From contig JBHGNT010000013.1 of the NCBI GenBank assembly GCA_043228905.1, positions 5,766,001 to 5,830,000 on the forward strand: 64,000 nt of DNA, given 5' to 3'. A program made the translations under genes and the position numbers. Below the pieces are notes generated by a model. The model saw nothing but the letters and a program-made list of their open reading frames with translations. It had not been told where the DNA came from and searched no databases. This DNA is from Azolla caroliniana (lineage: Eukaryota > Plantae > Polypodiophyta). Positions 1-13,371 of this stretch are shown piece by piece; the first letter of the stretch is position 1; every line of letters starts with the position of its first letter.

Positions 1-173
1 GGGATAAATCCCGACTTACATGGGATTCTCTGTCCCGACTTGACTACTCTTTGGCGCCATAAAGGCACCCTCGTTATTCACACTAAATGTACAAGGGTGA
101 TCACATATGCTGCACCCCGTCGATGTAGCCAATATTTCCCGGCCTCTGCCTCTGGCCGAAATTCTTCACGACA
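1..173 (-). mobile_element. Start of the 3' LTR of a minus-strand Phygy/RLG1-like Gypsy (runs off the window)
   Basis: Minus strand reads ...GCGGTTTGGTGGGGGCGGA|TGTCGTGAAG, the same PPT/LTR junction as at 29525 and 43548 and very like the one at 12270. Confidence 0.8.
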
Positions 174-1460
174 TCCGCCCCCACCAAACCGCACGTCCAC
201 CGGTCAGAAACCGGTCTTCCGTAATCCGCATCCCGGCTCGTTGCCGGTTTGAACCGTCGGCTTCGGTTCTTCCTTCGCGCTTACCTCCCCGTAGGCTCGT
301 TCGACCCGTCGATGGGTTCTTCGCCGCGATCTCCGTAGTACGCGTACTTCTGTTGGCCCTTGCTCGGCCGTATGCACGCTCTGCTCTCCGCCGTCTGCCC
401 GATGTCCTCCGCTTGGCCTCCGTCGACCATTCGTGTTGTCTTGATTGCCATCCAATGTTGTTACGCGTTGCCTTCGTCCTCTCGCCGCCACCCTTCTTCT
501 CCATGGTCTTACATTGCCACGTCGGCTCGAACCGCCATGGTCTCCGAAATGGTGTGGAGGATCCTTCTCGGGCCTTCTACGCACTACCTCCGAACCGCGC
601 AACCCATCTTCGCGCTCGCCTTTCCGCTCCGGCACCTCTGTGTGCCGCATACCCTCGTCCGTTGTTTGGCACTACCTGTGCTGCACTCCAGTTCTTTGCA
701 CGCCTTGTCGGCCCCTTTTCCGGCCAGATCGTGCATCGCCACTCACCCGCATACCAGTGTCCTCCGCATCCGAGGAACACCCCATAGTAGCCCACTTGAC
801 CATTCTCGTCTTGCGCTGTAGCAACAGGTCCTGAGTCTTCCGCTTGTCGTTGTCCCCTTGCCGCCACCGATCATCACTCTAGGCTTCACGTCGGCTCTTG
901 GGCCGACCGCCGGAGTCTCTGGAACCGATGTGAAGGATCCTCCTTGGACTCCCTTGTCATCCTCTGACTCCGACCCTATGCAGTCCACTATGCACCCGTC
1001 ACCTCGTTCCCGGCACCTCCCTTGTGTGGTCTCCCTTGTTCGGAACCGCCCGTGCCGAACACCGTCCCGTAGTCACGCTTCGATCCGGCCCGTGATGGCC
1101 ACTTGCAAGACTCTTGTTTCGTCCCAGATGTGCCTTTCCGGCCCGTCACACCTCCCCGTGTTTGCCCCTACCGGCTCCTTCCGAAATTGTAACCGGCCAG
1201 TAAGGGTTTCGCACTTCGTCTGCCCCCGTCTTACCAGCTCCCGATCCGCTATCTCGTGTTGCCGGGTCCCGTTCCCTGCCGCCACCGTCCTTCTCCCTAG
1301 GTCTCACATTGCCACGTTGGCCGAATTGCCGAAGTCTCCAGACCAGTGTGAGGGTCCCATAGGACCTGACTTCGTTTCTCTGCTTGCCGAAATTCAGGGG
1401 TCTTTTGTCGGACTCCTTTGTGACTCTCCTCGTGTCTTCCGCGTAGCCGGGTCCCGCCTT

Positions 1461-1924
1461 TGTTACCGGCTGGCAAGAAGGCTTAAGGAGGTCCAAATCA
1501 GAGTGTGAAAAGGAATAGTTTATTCGGGAACTATTGTAATTAGTAATCTTAATATAGATATTAATATATGAGAAGATGTGGATGGACGGACCGGAATCGG
1601 TATGCCGATCTGGATTCAGACCGATCCCGTAAAGGTGCCGGTTGGCACCGTTTTCTATTTCACACCGGAGACCTATATAAAGGCCCGGTTATAATGTAAT
1701 CAGAAGCGGATAATTAATAGAGCTTATTGTCTTAATCTTCCAGTGTTGATTACTATTCTGTATTCATTGTTATATCCTACACGTGTTAATTACGGATTGC
1801 TAAGTAACCAATTAAGGTCTAATTAAGTGTTGTGTCGTAAGTCATTCTGTCGTACCACCCTTTGGTGAAGTGTCTTAAGTGGACACACCCTATGTTAGGC
1901 TGTTCTCCGGCCCTAGGATTAACA
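1461..1924 (+). mobile_element. 5' LTR of a Gypsy element (non-chromovirus, possibly Tat-like)
   Basis: TGTTA...TAACA termini, TATATAA at about 1674, followed by a PBS and gag. No matching 3' LTR found in the window. Confidence 0.75.
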
Positions 1925-1931
1925 CAGTTTT

Positions 1932-1941
1932 TGGCGACCAC
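1932..1941 (+). promoter_or_regulatory. Primer binding site, probably tRNA-Arg
   Basis: TGGCGACCAC lies just after the LTR end and is complementary to the ...GUGGUCGCCA 3' end of a plant tRNA-Arg (from memory). Confidence 0.6.
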
Positions 1942-1979
1942 GATTCCTGCACAATTGCAGTGAACAACGGTGGGAATGG

Positions 1980-4715
1980 ATGACTAGGACAACAGACGAC
2001 CCGGTTACAGAGAGAGCACGAAGACTTGTTGAACGGAGAAGGCGGCGAGAGGCTTTCCAGCAAGCAGCGGAAGACATCCGAACAGATCAATCATTTTCCA
2101 AAGTGATCCGGAAAGTGGCGGAGGAGTCGCTCCGTTTGCAACAAAACGCCTACCCGGACGAAGGAAGCAGCTTAAGCAGTCTCCGGGAAGCGGAAACCCT
2201 TCTCCAGGCCTTGGCCGGAAGAGACGGCGAATCCGAAGCATTTTCAGCACTGGAATCGGATTCGGAAGGGGGTTACAATGCGCACACGAACTATCACAGC
2301 AGTAACGACACCCCAGGAGGACCGGAGGACGAGGAGTCGGATACATTACCGACACTAGAACTAGAGTTGGCAGATCGGGAACCTCCGACACTAGACGTGG
2401 AGCAACCTCCGGAGACGGAAAAAGACCGGCAAAAACCTCCAACACCGGAAGTCGAGCTGACAACACCAAAGGAAGACCAGCAAAGACCTCCGATGCTGAC
2501 GGAACAGCAAGAAAGACCACCAACACCGCCAGCCCACGTACCGACACCGAACGACGACATGTCGTTCTAGTACTCCAAGTATAGGGATGATCCGGATGCG
2601 GAGGCTCATGTTCACGCGTTCCAACAAACATGGGAGGCGAACCATGTGTCACAACGGTTAACCGCGGTTGAAGAGGAACGATCTAAGATAGCCGAATTCG
2701 GCGTGACATTGGAAGGACCGGCCGCCAGATGGCACCGGACGTAGGATCACAGCCCGGCCGCCAGATGGCACCGGACGTAGGATCACAGCACCATCACCAC
2801 CTTTGCGGACCTGAAAGACAAATTCTTGCACTTCTTGTAGAAGGAGGTGGACCAGCAAGAAATGGTGGGCTTATTTTATACCATCTGGCAGGACCCCGGG
2901 GAGAGCATCCCGCAGTTTGTCATCCGGTTTCAACGGATGCACAATCAGCTTACCCACGCACCTCGGAGGAAGAAACGCGGGCTACATTTTTAGCCGCCCT
3001 CCGGGAACCTCTACGAACAGTATGCACGGCCATCGACTTTCGCACAAGCACCGTCGACTAGGTCATCGACCGGGTTAGAGAAATGGAAAAAACGAGCTCT
3101 TTGCTAACAATGGGAGCCCTCCAACGAGCGTTACCAACCAATGAGGATCTCTGCTTCCTGCAAGCGATCCAATGCACGACCTGCTTGAATTCCGAACACT
3201 CCTCACTGGAGTGCACCATGCGGACGCACTGCTTACTCTGCCACTCCACGAGCCACACGATGGATCAGTGTGAATATAACTTATTGAATCGGCAATCACC
3301 ACCAGTCCGGCAAATCGAACCACGCAGCAACTGAGACAAAGAAGACAAACACTGGCGACGAGAGGAGCGGTATCGACAGGCACAGCATGTCCGGTACGAC
3401 GATCGGCGAGACAACTATGACCGGTAAAAGAGATATGACAGGTACCGAGATTACAATGGACGGTACGAGCATCACAACCGGGATCACTCCCCCGGGTATC
3501 ACCAAGGACGGGAAGATTACGGGAGATATGACGACCAACCCCGTCAAGGGTACCGCAACAAAAAGAACTTTAATAAAAAACGACATTTCAAAAAAGGGAG
3601 CCACCCACGTGAACCGGAAAAAGGCGCCTCAAGCAGCCAACAGGACCAGAGCCCCGCAGTGACCACAGGTCCTCAACCGGATATAGGAAACAATGCCGAA
3701 TCCAGCAATACCCGGAAAGCATATTGCTATTATTGCCGGCAAGAAGGACATTATAGTAATCAATGTCCGGCAAAGAGTTATGATAAACGACCGGCAGTAA
3801 ACATGGTAGTCGCCGAAGTCGCAGACCTACAGCAGGTCACCACAAGGTCGAAGGGCAAGACGACGGAATGGGAGACACAAGATTTTATCCGGAAACAGGC
3901 AACGGAATGGGTGAAAAAGGCAAAATGAGCGAAACGTAGCAAAACTCGCGCAGCAAAAGGAGAACACTGAAGAGCTCGCCGGCGGCAGTCAGTACGAAAA
4001 CACGACATGGCAGGTATTGCAAGAATGCCAGATCACGCTGTCGTTAGGATGACTCTTGCAGCTAGTACCAAGATTCACAGAAGGACTCAAGTCCGGCATG
4101 ACAACAGGCGAAACACCACCGGCTCCGACATTCTTCTCAAATCCGGAGGAGGGATCGGCGGTGGTGGACACCAACAGTCCGGCGATTACTGCCATTGTGA
4201 AAGGGAAAGAACTCCCCGGCACAATAATAGACGGAGGCTCCAGTGTTTATGTAATAAGCCTCCGGACGTGCGATGCTCTTGGAATCCAAGAGTGGGAGCC
4301 ATGTCCGTTCTGGCTCCAAATGGCAGACACGAGCTTGGTGCGACCGACAGGATTAATACAGGACTTAGAAGTAACCATTGGGTTGGGGGCCATACATTCC
4401 GAATATCAGCCGTAGTTCTCCAGTTGCAGGCTCAAGGAGCATACCCATTATTGTTGGGACGCCCTTCGTTAAAGACAACACACATCAAGCAAAATTGGAG
4501 GAGGAATATGATTACGTTCCGGCGGGGAAAAGCGAAGGTACGGGTACCAACACAACCAAGGAAGGGCACCGGCAAGGATCTGACACCGTTATATGCGGAG
4601 TGCATCAATATGCTGGAAGGATTAGCAGACGAAGAAGAAGATCAGTACTTGCAGGAGAACCCAAAGATTGTACCCCTATTCGAAGATTGTACCCCTATTC
4701 GAAATTGACGTTGCC
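1980..4715 (+). pseudogene. Disrupted Gypsy gag (capsid, three CCHC knuckles) and aspartic protease
   Basis: Fragments include a capsid-like segment (KIAEFGVTLEGPAARW), CTTCLNSEHSSLEC, CLLCHSTSHTMDQC, CYYCRQEGHYSNQC and the protease motif IIDGGS. Many stops and a 36-bp tandem duplication at 2718-2789. Confidence 0.8.
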
Positions 4716-7700
4716 GAAGAAAGGAAGATGGCCGGTCAACACAAACCATGGATGGAAGATACGAGCGGCAACGAAGGCCACAGAAGACTTGTACGGAGCC
4801 TACCCCAATGTTAAAGTCACAATCGGAGATGTGGAGATGGATCAACACTTCTTCGTGCAAAACTCAGCTTCACATCCCGTCATCCTAGGACAACCATATA
4901 TCACATCGTCCCGGATGGAGACTAAGGTGTTCGATAATGGAGTGGCCTTCGCGCGAGTCAAGAGCCTTGACAATCAAAGATCTGTTCAATTCCTTATGGT
5001 GCGAGCTAATCATGAAAGGAACCGAGATAGCCTTGGAGGTGAATCCTCGGATTTTTAGAGCGGACTATTGAAGCGTGGGGCACAAATAGTCCGAGCAATC
5101 ATAAGTCCCCACAAGGAAGCGAAATAAGTGGATCGCAAGGAGAAGCAACATGTGTGACACCTAGTGGCGCATGTAAACTTACACTACTCAACAAGAAGGA
5201 CAAGCGTCGGATACAAGACTTTGAGAAGATACTAAAAGAAGAAAGCATAATTGAAGAAGAAGAATTTGTGTCTCATATTCTAGAGGAAGCCTCATTTAAC
5301 GACACCATCGGCGAAATCGAGGAAGTTGTGGACTTGAGCTACCCTCACGATCAAAATGTGATTTCGGTTAACTCCGTCAACATGTACACTATCATGGATG
5401 AATATCATTGAGGCATCTTGATGGAGGAAGCTGAAGTCAACACAAAATATAAAACGGTGGATAAGAAGATCAAGCCAGTTGCGGTTCCGCTACCGGAAGA
5501 TAGCTGGCAGAAGATGAAAGAAGTTGCCAATGATCCGAGCTTAAGGGATCCAAAGGCAATAGGTCATGTCTTCACCAAAGAGACGAAAGGAAAGCTACAA
5601 GTTGGAAGGGAAGATTTCCTTCTCCCGGAAGAGGAGAGAATGTTTCGCGGAATGCTTGAGAGACATGGGAAAGCCTTTGCCTTCTCTCCACAAGAGATCA
5701 GATGTGCCGACCCAAAGATGATAGAGCCGATGGTGATTTTTACGGTGCCACATGTACCTTGGAACCTCAAGCTGATACCGGTTCCAAGAGCTCACATTCC
5801 AAAGTTGATTCAGCTTCTAAAGGAAAATGTTAGGATGGGAATTCTTGAGCCATCCAATGCTCCCTACTCTAATAGATGGTTTACGGTGCTGAAGAAGAAC
5901 GGGTCCTTACGCTTTATACAAGATCTCCAACCCGTCAACAAGGTGACGATCTGAAATGCCGGAATTGGTCCAAGCATGGATGAATTTGCCGAAGCCTTCG
6001 CGGGAACATCGATCTATTCCATTGGAGATCTCTACTCGGGCTATGATCAATTTCAATTGGTCATCGATAGTAGAGACATAACGACAATGAGGATGCCGAT
6101 TGGGTTGGTAAGGATGTGCACCTTACCCCAAGGTGCAACAAATTCCGTAGCCCACATGGTGAATGCCATGAATAAAGTGTTGAGGGATTGCATCCCCGAT
6201 ATCACAATGCCCTTCTTAGATGACATTCCAATCAAAGGATGCTTGATGGAAGAGAAAGATGAATCGAAAGATGAAGATGGTTGCCGAAGATTCGTCATCG
6301 ATCATATAAAGGATAGCGAGAAGGTGTTGCAAAAGCTTGAGGATGCGAATCTCACGCTTTTAGGAGAGAAGTCTGCATTCGGTCAACCAGAAATATTGGT
6401 AGTAGGACACTTATGTGGGTCTTCTGGCCGGAAGCCATCTCCATCCAAGGTGAACGCTATTAAAGAGATGAAAGAACAATGTGTGTCTCAAACGGAGGTG
6501 CGTAGATTCTTGGGAGCATGTGCATTCTATCACATATGGATTCCACATTATGCCCATGTCGTTGAACCATTGTATGGACTATTAAACAAAAGCAAGAAGT
6601 TTGAATGGGAAGATGAGCATACCTACGCGATTCGAAAGCTAAAGAAACTATTATTGGAAGCTCCAGCACTACCAAAGCCGACTACACCGATAGAACCCCG
6701 ATATATGTGACGGTGGATACGAGCCCAACTGGAATTGGATGGGTGATAAACCAAGAAGACAAAGAAAAGAATCGGTATGCAATCCGATTCGGTGCGAATG
6801 TGTTAACCGAAAGATAAAGGAAGTATGCTCAAGTAAAGAGAGAGCTATGGGGAATAGTATCCGCGGTTAAAACCGACCATGACTACCTTATAGGAACAGA
6901 GGTCATAATCGAAACCGACTGTCTACCTATTCTCAGAATGATATCTGGTTGTGCTACACAGGATATTGCTATGCTGCGATGGATTGCCTATATCAAGTCC
7001 CTCAACCCCGAGATTCGGCATATAAATGGAAAGCATAATGTGGTGGCCGATATGTTGTCAAGGGCGAGGTATGAGGGTGAAGAAGATTTGCACTCCGACG
7101 AAGAGGATGTTGGCCTGAACTTCTTTACGGTTTCTTGTGCTCGGGTGCTAGTAGTGTTCAAAGTAGAAGATTATGAGGGTGAATTCATCGAAATTGGCAA
7201 ATACTTAAGCTCTCTTACAAAAGATGAATCATGGTCAAAGGAAGATTTCTACCGAATTAGGAAGAAGGCCTACAAGTTCTTCCTCAAAGAAGGACATCTA
7301 TGGAAGTTTCCGAAGAAGAAGAACGGAACTCCACTTCGAGTGGTGTGCAAGAAACAGGATCAACAAACACTAATGGTTGAATTTCATGATAGTGTGTGGG
7401 CAGGTCATCGTGGTATATGAGCAACATTTGCAAAGCTCAAGGAGAAGTATTGGTGGCCGGGTGTTTACAAAGATGTTGCAAGCTATGTTGAAACATGTGA
7501 GCAATGCTAATTATACTCGAATATTCAACATAGGGATGAACTTCATCTGACATATCCATTATCAATGCACTATAAGTGGTTGGTAGACATAGTGGTTATG
7601 CCAATGGGATTGGGGCAAATGAAATATCTCGTGCTAGCAAGAGAGGATCTCACCAACCAAGTAGAAGGACGGGCGCTAAGGAATAAAACAGCTTCGGCGG

Positions 7701-8506
7701 TTTGTAAGCTTCTCCTTGAAGATGTTATTTTTCGATACAGATGTGTCGGCAAAATAGTAGCCAATAGGGGAGAATTAGATGTGAATGAAGCTAAAGAGTT
7801 CTTTTCAAGAATAGGCGTCAAATTATCGCTCACTATGGCATACAACCCGGACGCAAATGGGAAGGTGGAACGAGGACATAGTCCGATTGTAAAAGCTCTA
7901 GCAAAGGCTTGCGACGGCAAGATGGGGAATTGGCCACGATTACTACCTTATGCATTGTGGGCAGATAGAACTACACATAGCACGACTACGGGGTATATGC
8001 CCGCCGAACTCATATTAGGACAAAAACCAATAATGCCTATTGAGCAAAGTGTTGCTTCGTGGACATCTTTGCCATGGCAAGAGGAAATGAGTTGGGAAGA
8101 CTTGCTAGCCACGAGGATTCAACAACTAGAACGGAGGCCCGAAGATGTCGAATTGGCAATCGAATGGTTGCGCCAAGCTCGATTGAAGAACAAGGAGAAT
8201 TTTGATAGAAAGCATCGTCTTCGACAAAGAAAAATTGAAGAAGGAGATTGGGTTCTTGTCTATGATAGTAATCTCAATAATCAATATAGCACTACTCGAA
8301 AGTTCGCGAAATGATGGTTTGGCCCGTATATGGTCAAGAAAATAGAAAGCAATGCAACCTATTTTTTAGCGGAGTTAGATGGAACTCGACTTGCTTTGCC
8401 AATAGCAGAGAAGAGGATCAAGATCTTTAAGAGAAGAGAGGCCCCAAATCTTGAGATCGAAGCTCTAGATGATGCATCCTCGAACATCGAGGTTGAAGAA
8501 GAGTAA
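4716..8506 (+). pseudogene. Phygy/RLG1-like Gypsy protease C-terminus, RT, RNase H and integrase (multiple stops)
   Basis: ORFs 4378-5058 (3' half), 5418-5954, 5976-6710 (TLPQGATNS, FLDD), 6938-7420 (NVVADMLSR) and 7565-8314 (NGKVERGH). Colinear with pol of element C. Confidence 0.93.
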
Positions 8507-8555
8507 TTAAAAAACAGGAACCTCACCTCAATTGGCACATACCGGTGGATGTGTA

Positions 8556-8880
8556 GGTTTGGTGGGGGTGAATATTGTGTGATTTTTCACACACAATATG
8601 AAAACTAGTAAAATAATTATTTAAGGTTAGCTTAATGTATTCATATAGATAGGTGTCTTCAAGAGTTTCATAGCGTATTTTACTACGCATGAAACGGATA
8701 AACAAGTATCAAGTTATGTGAGTGTGAAGTTTGAAGAAGAAGAAAGAAAAGACAAAACTGTGAGATATCCCACATAGATAGGACAACATTGGAACCCAGG
8801 ATATATAAGGGAAACCAAAACATATTCATTCTATCAATGTGTGGAACACAAAATGTTCAAGGTGACTTGGGCTACATTGT
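8556..8880 (+). mobile_element. PPT and degenerate 3' LTR
   Basis: GGTTTGGTGGGGGTG PPT. Downstream sequence shares TGTGAGATATCCCACATAGA with the reverse complement of the element A LTR (about 29260-29282). Right boundary unclear. Confidence 0.6.
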
Positions 8881-8899
8881 GTGGTGTGCACGCTTTGGG

Positions 8900-9405
8900 T
8901 ATATGCGTGTATGCACGACTGTGATTACGCTTTGGGTGTATGCGCGTATGCATGGTTGTGTTAACACTTCGGGCGTATGCGCGTGTGCATGGCCACGTGG
9001 ACGTCTTCGGATGTACGTGTGTGTGCAAGTTTTGGGCGTACGCGTGCACGGTCGCGTGGATGTTTCGGACGAGCGCGCGGATGCATACACGGCGCGGTTA
9101 GGACGCGCGCAAGCGTGGATGCGTACATTGCGGCGCGGTTGGGACTTTTGCGTGCGGACGCGTGTGTGCAGACGAGCGCGCGGATGCGTACACAACGCAA
9201 TTGAGACGTGCGCATGCGTGGATGCGTACATTGCGGCGCGGTTGGGACTTTTGCATGCGGACACGTGTGTGCGGATGAGTGCGCGGATGCATACACGACA
9301 CGGTCAGGACGTGCACATGCGTGGATGCGTACACTACGCGGTTGAGACTTTTGCGCGCGGACGCGTCTACGGTTTGGTTGCGACGCACGTACGGATTGCG
9401 CACGG
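8900..9405. repeat. Degenerate GC-rich tandem repeat of alternating purine/pyrimidine sequence
   Basis: Recurrent GCGTGGATGCGTACATTGCGGCGCGGTTGGGACTTTTGC and GCGCGGATGCRTACAC units. Confidence 0.75.
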
Positions 9406-9456
9406 GCTAAACTTTATGGATGATTGGGTCATTTGGCCGAATTATACGGACAATCG

Positions 9457-9590
9457 CATGCAACCAAAAGCCAAGGCCATGCAACTAAAAGTAAAAGGCA
9501 TGCATCTAAAAATGGAAGCATGCAACTAAAAGCAGAGGCCATGCAACTAAAAAATAGAGGCCATCCAACTAAAAGTGGGCATGCACAGTA
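9457..9590 (+). repeat. Tandem array of about 20 bp (GCCATGCAACTAAAA-like), 6-7 copies
   Basis: CATGCAACTAAAA-like motif recurring at about 20-bp spacing. Confidence 0.8.
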
Positions 9591-10284
9591 AAATTGGGGA
9601 GGAGGATCAATGAGGAGCTGGATATATGTCCCATTTTTTCCCTCCTAGATTTTTTTTTTTCCCTTCTTTCTTCTTCCCTCTCGGATTCGAGAAACAAATT
9701 ATCTCACATATTGATATCAAACTCCTAGCTTTGTTTACTAGGCTTTCTAGTCAAAATTATCTCTCGTATTCAGATCAGACCACTCCTTGCATGGTTGTTG
9801 GCTCCTTTCTTTGAAAATTTAATCTCTCATTTCCATACCCAACCCATTGTAACATGATTCTAAAATTATAAAGAATCGATTTTCTTTTGCAATAAACTAA
9901 TGATTTTTCCCCTCAACTTGTCTTATGCTTAAAACTTTCTTGTGTTGTATGTGTTGCACTAAATCCTTCTAGTCCAGAACCCCGGCGGTTCCGTCTCACG
10001 ATCCGCACATAGTGACGGATTTTGACGACAGCGTACGACTCCAGCCGACGCCACGGAGGAAGTAACGGACGAGACAAAACCTCGACCTGTCACAAGCCCA
10101 CCAACACCTGAACCAACCAGAATAGCACAAGAGGATCCCGCAGAGCCCGGACCGCCTGCACAGGAAGCCAACGACACCAGGGGAAGTCCTACCCAACAAG
10201 TAGTGGAGCCACGCAACGACGCGCCTACGGACACCGGAGCAGAACCAAACATCAGGGACATTTTGGAGGAAGATTAAAGGGGTG

Positions 10285-11220
10285 GGTCCGACGTGCCATG
10301 GCACTGTCCCACATGCGTGCTAGGTGTTGTCCGCCAGAATAGTAACCGATGGATAGGAGATATAGTATAAACATAACGCATGTAAACGGTTCACGTGGGA
10401 AGCGTGAACGGCTGAAAAACCCTGTGTATATAAAGGGCAAAAATCCTCTGATAGAGGTAGTGTGTAATTTGGAATGAAAAAGGCGTATCTTAATAGAGTT
10501 CTATCTTCTCTAATCCCCGTGCGTATCTGTGGTTAATCTACTATGTGTCCGACGTGCCATGGCACTGTCCCACAGGCGTGCCAGGTGTTGTCCGCCGGAA
10601 TAGTAACCGACGAACAGGAGAGCAAAAATATAGAATATAGTATAAACGTAATGCATGTAAACGGTTCACGCGGGAAGCGTGAACGTCTAAAAAACCTTGT
10701 GTATATAAAGGGAAAAAATCCTCTGATAGAGGTAGTGTGTAATTTGGAATGTAAAAGGCATATCTTAATAGAGTTCTATCTCCTCTGATCCCTGTGTGTA
10801 TCTGTGGTTAATCTATTGTGTGTCCGACGTGCCATGGCACTGTCCCACATGCATACTAGGTGTTGTCCACCGGAATAGTAACCGACAGATAGGAGCGCAG
10901 AAATATAGAATATAGTATAAATGTAACGCATGTAAACGGTTCACGCGGGAAGCATGAACGGCTAAAAAACCCTGTGTATATAAAGGGCAGAAATCCTCTG
11001 ATAGAGGTAGCATGTAATTTTGAATGTAAAAGCCGTATCTTAATAGAGTTTTATCTTCTCTGATCCCCGTGTGTATCTATGGTTAATCTACTGTGTGTCT
11101 GTGATTCTTGGTGGCGTAGTGTAGTCGTAAGAGCGTAGGCGTGAGTAGCGGTGTGGTTGCTAGTCCATTGTCTAAGGAGTTCGGTTGTAGCCATCTCCCT
11201 TATACGCTACTAGGATACGG
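10285..11220 (+). mobile_element. LTR with its 5' part tandemly triplicated
   Basis: Units start at 10285, 10546 and 10821 (GTCCGACGTGCCATGGCACTGTCCCACA), each containing TATATAAAGGG. Preceded by purine tract GGAGGAAGATTAAAGGGG. Interrupted at 11221. Confidence 0.75.
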
Positions 11221-13371
11221 TGTCGTGAAGTACAAAAGCTTTACATTAAAAGTCTACAATAAGATAAATACGTAACTAAAATAACATTTAATCATGTTTT
11301 ATATATAAAGATAATATTAACAACACATATGATAATATTATATATATGTAAAGAAAAATAATATATATATATATAGATAAATATATTATATTACACGAAC
11401 AAGAGAGGACTTAAACCAATAATCCCACCCTATGTAAATTTTTGTATGTAAATTTTTGTTAGAAGATGTAATATGTCGTTACGGGTGTGTTGGTAAAATA
11501 ATTGCAGATAGAGGAGAACTCGACTCTGATGAAGCTAGAGAATTCTTCAGCCGAATAGGGGTCAAATTATCACTTACAACTGCGTATAATCCAAAAGCCA
11601 ATGGAAAGATTGAAAGAGGACATAGCCCAATAGTTAAGGCGATCGCGAAAAGCTGTAAAGGTAAAATAAGAGATTGGCCACACATGCTACCTTATGCACT
11701 ATGGGCAGATCGAACAACTCATAGTTCAGTAACAGGATACATGCCAGCTAAATTGATACTTGGCCAAAAGCCCATCATGCCGATAGAAGAATCAATTATG
11801 TCATGGATATCTATTCCATGGAGAGAAGAGGTGAGTAGAGAAGAATTACTTGCTTTGCGAATTCAACAATTAGAGCGTCGACCTGAAGATATAGAAATAG
11901 CAGCCCAACGATTGAAGGAGGCTCGACTAAAGAATAAAATCCGTTTTGATAAAAGTCATAGAATTCGACCTAAGAAAATAGAAGAAGGAGATTGGGTGCT
12001 CGTGTGTGATAGCAGTTTAGATAATCAACATAGCACCGTCCGCAAGTTCGCTGAAAGATGGTTTGGGCCTTATATAGTAAGAAAAGTATATGATAACTTT
12101 ACTTATAAGCTTAGTGAATTGGATGGGACACTAATCCTAAACGTGGTAGCTGGAAAGAGGATAAAAGTATTTAAGAAAAGGTTTGAGCTTGAACCTCCTC
12201 CAATAGATCAACATGAAGATGAAAGATAGTGGCACATGCCGGAGGATGTGCAAGTCTAGAGGGGGTGGATGTCGTGAAGTACGAAAGCTTCACATTAAAA
12301 GTCTACAATAAGATAAATACGTAACTAAAATAACATTTAATCATGTTTTATATATAAAGATAATATTAACAACACATATGATAATATTATATATATGTAA
12401 AGAAAAATAATATATATATATATATAGATAAATATATTATATTACACGAACAAGAGAGGACTTGAACCAATAATCCCACCCTATGACTCTCAAATCTTAC
12501 CATTTATTCTATACTAGTAATATACATAAAATAAAGCATACTTTATATATACTTTATATTACATAAAGGACTTGCTTCATGATATAAAAATAAAGTTGTA
12601 TGTTGTATTCAATAGTATTTTGAGACTTGAACCCACAACCTCATACACTAAAGTCAACACACCTACCATTAGGCTAGGCCCTTTCTCTTTAAGATTATGT
12701 TTTCATGTTTATTGTTATTGCATATATTGTTTCATACATAAAAGCTCAAATGAGCGAGATGTTTATCATGCATCACATGCATTTCATGCACTACATGCAT
12801 GACTTGTACCCTCCAATGCACCATATGCATGGGGGCACCTATTCAAATGGTGAAAGAGAAGATCAAAAGGAGATATGTATGAGATATCAATCAAATATTT
12901 ATTACATAAGAGATACCATAAAATAGAGAGAGAAAGGAAGAAGTTCAACATAAAGGTGGAGCTCTAACTTGGCGGTCGTGGTGGTCAACTCTCAACAAGA
13001 GGGAGGTGGTTCGAGCCTTACCTTCATCAAAATATTGAAGTGAAGATTGTAGTGTTCTATGATCAAGAAAGAGAAGAGTGATTACCTTGCAAGACAAAGT
13101 TCGGAGGTTCAACGACGTGCACAATCATTTTGTAACTCTTTCATGAAAATGATTATAAATTTCATACACTTTCTCATATATTATTTTATATCTTATCTTG
13201 TCTTATCTTATATTCCTTAAAAATCCTATTTTGTCATATCTTATTGATCTCTATTCACTCTATCTCTACTCTTTCGTCTCTTCCGTCCATAATCCCAGTG
13301 ATTCCTTCCTCACTTTCACGTTATCCTTTGTGTGCACAACGCTACGCTTCTAGGCGAGTCACGTCACAACA
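11221..13371 (+). mobile_element. Internally deleted Phygy-type Gypsy: 5' LTR stub, integrase C-terminus, full 3' LTR
   Basis: 11221-11434 repeats 12270-12485. Integrase ORF 11456-12229. PPT GAGGGGGTGGA. The 3' LTR ends TCACAACA. Flanks are ACGG and ACAG. Confidence 0.85.
11456..12229 (+). pseudogene. Gypsy integrase C-terminal half
   Basis: IIADRGE, NGKIERGH and WFGPY motifs. Confidence 0.9.

Noticed and set aside
107-1508. Plus-strand ORFs of 226 and 216 aa
   Set aside because: GC-rich shadow frames, antisense to the element, with no motifs.
8789-9529. 246-aa ORF rich in C, V, R and A
   Set aside because: Open only because the repeat is stop-poor; no recognisable domain.
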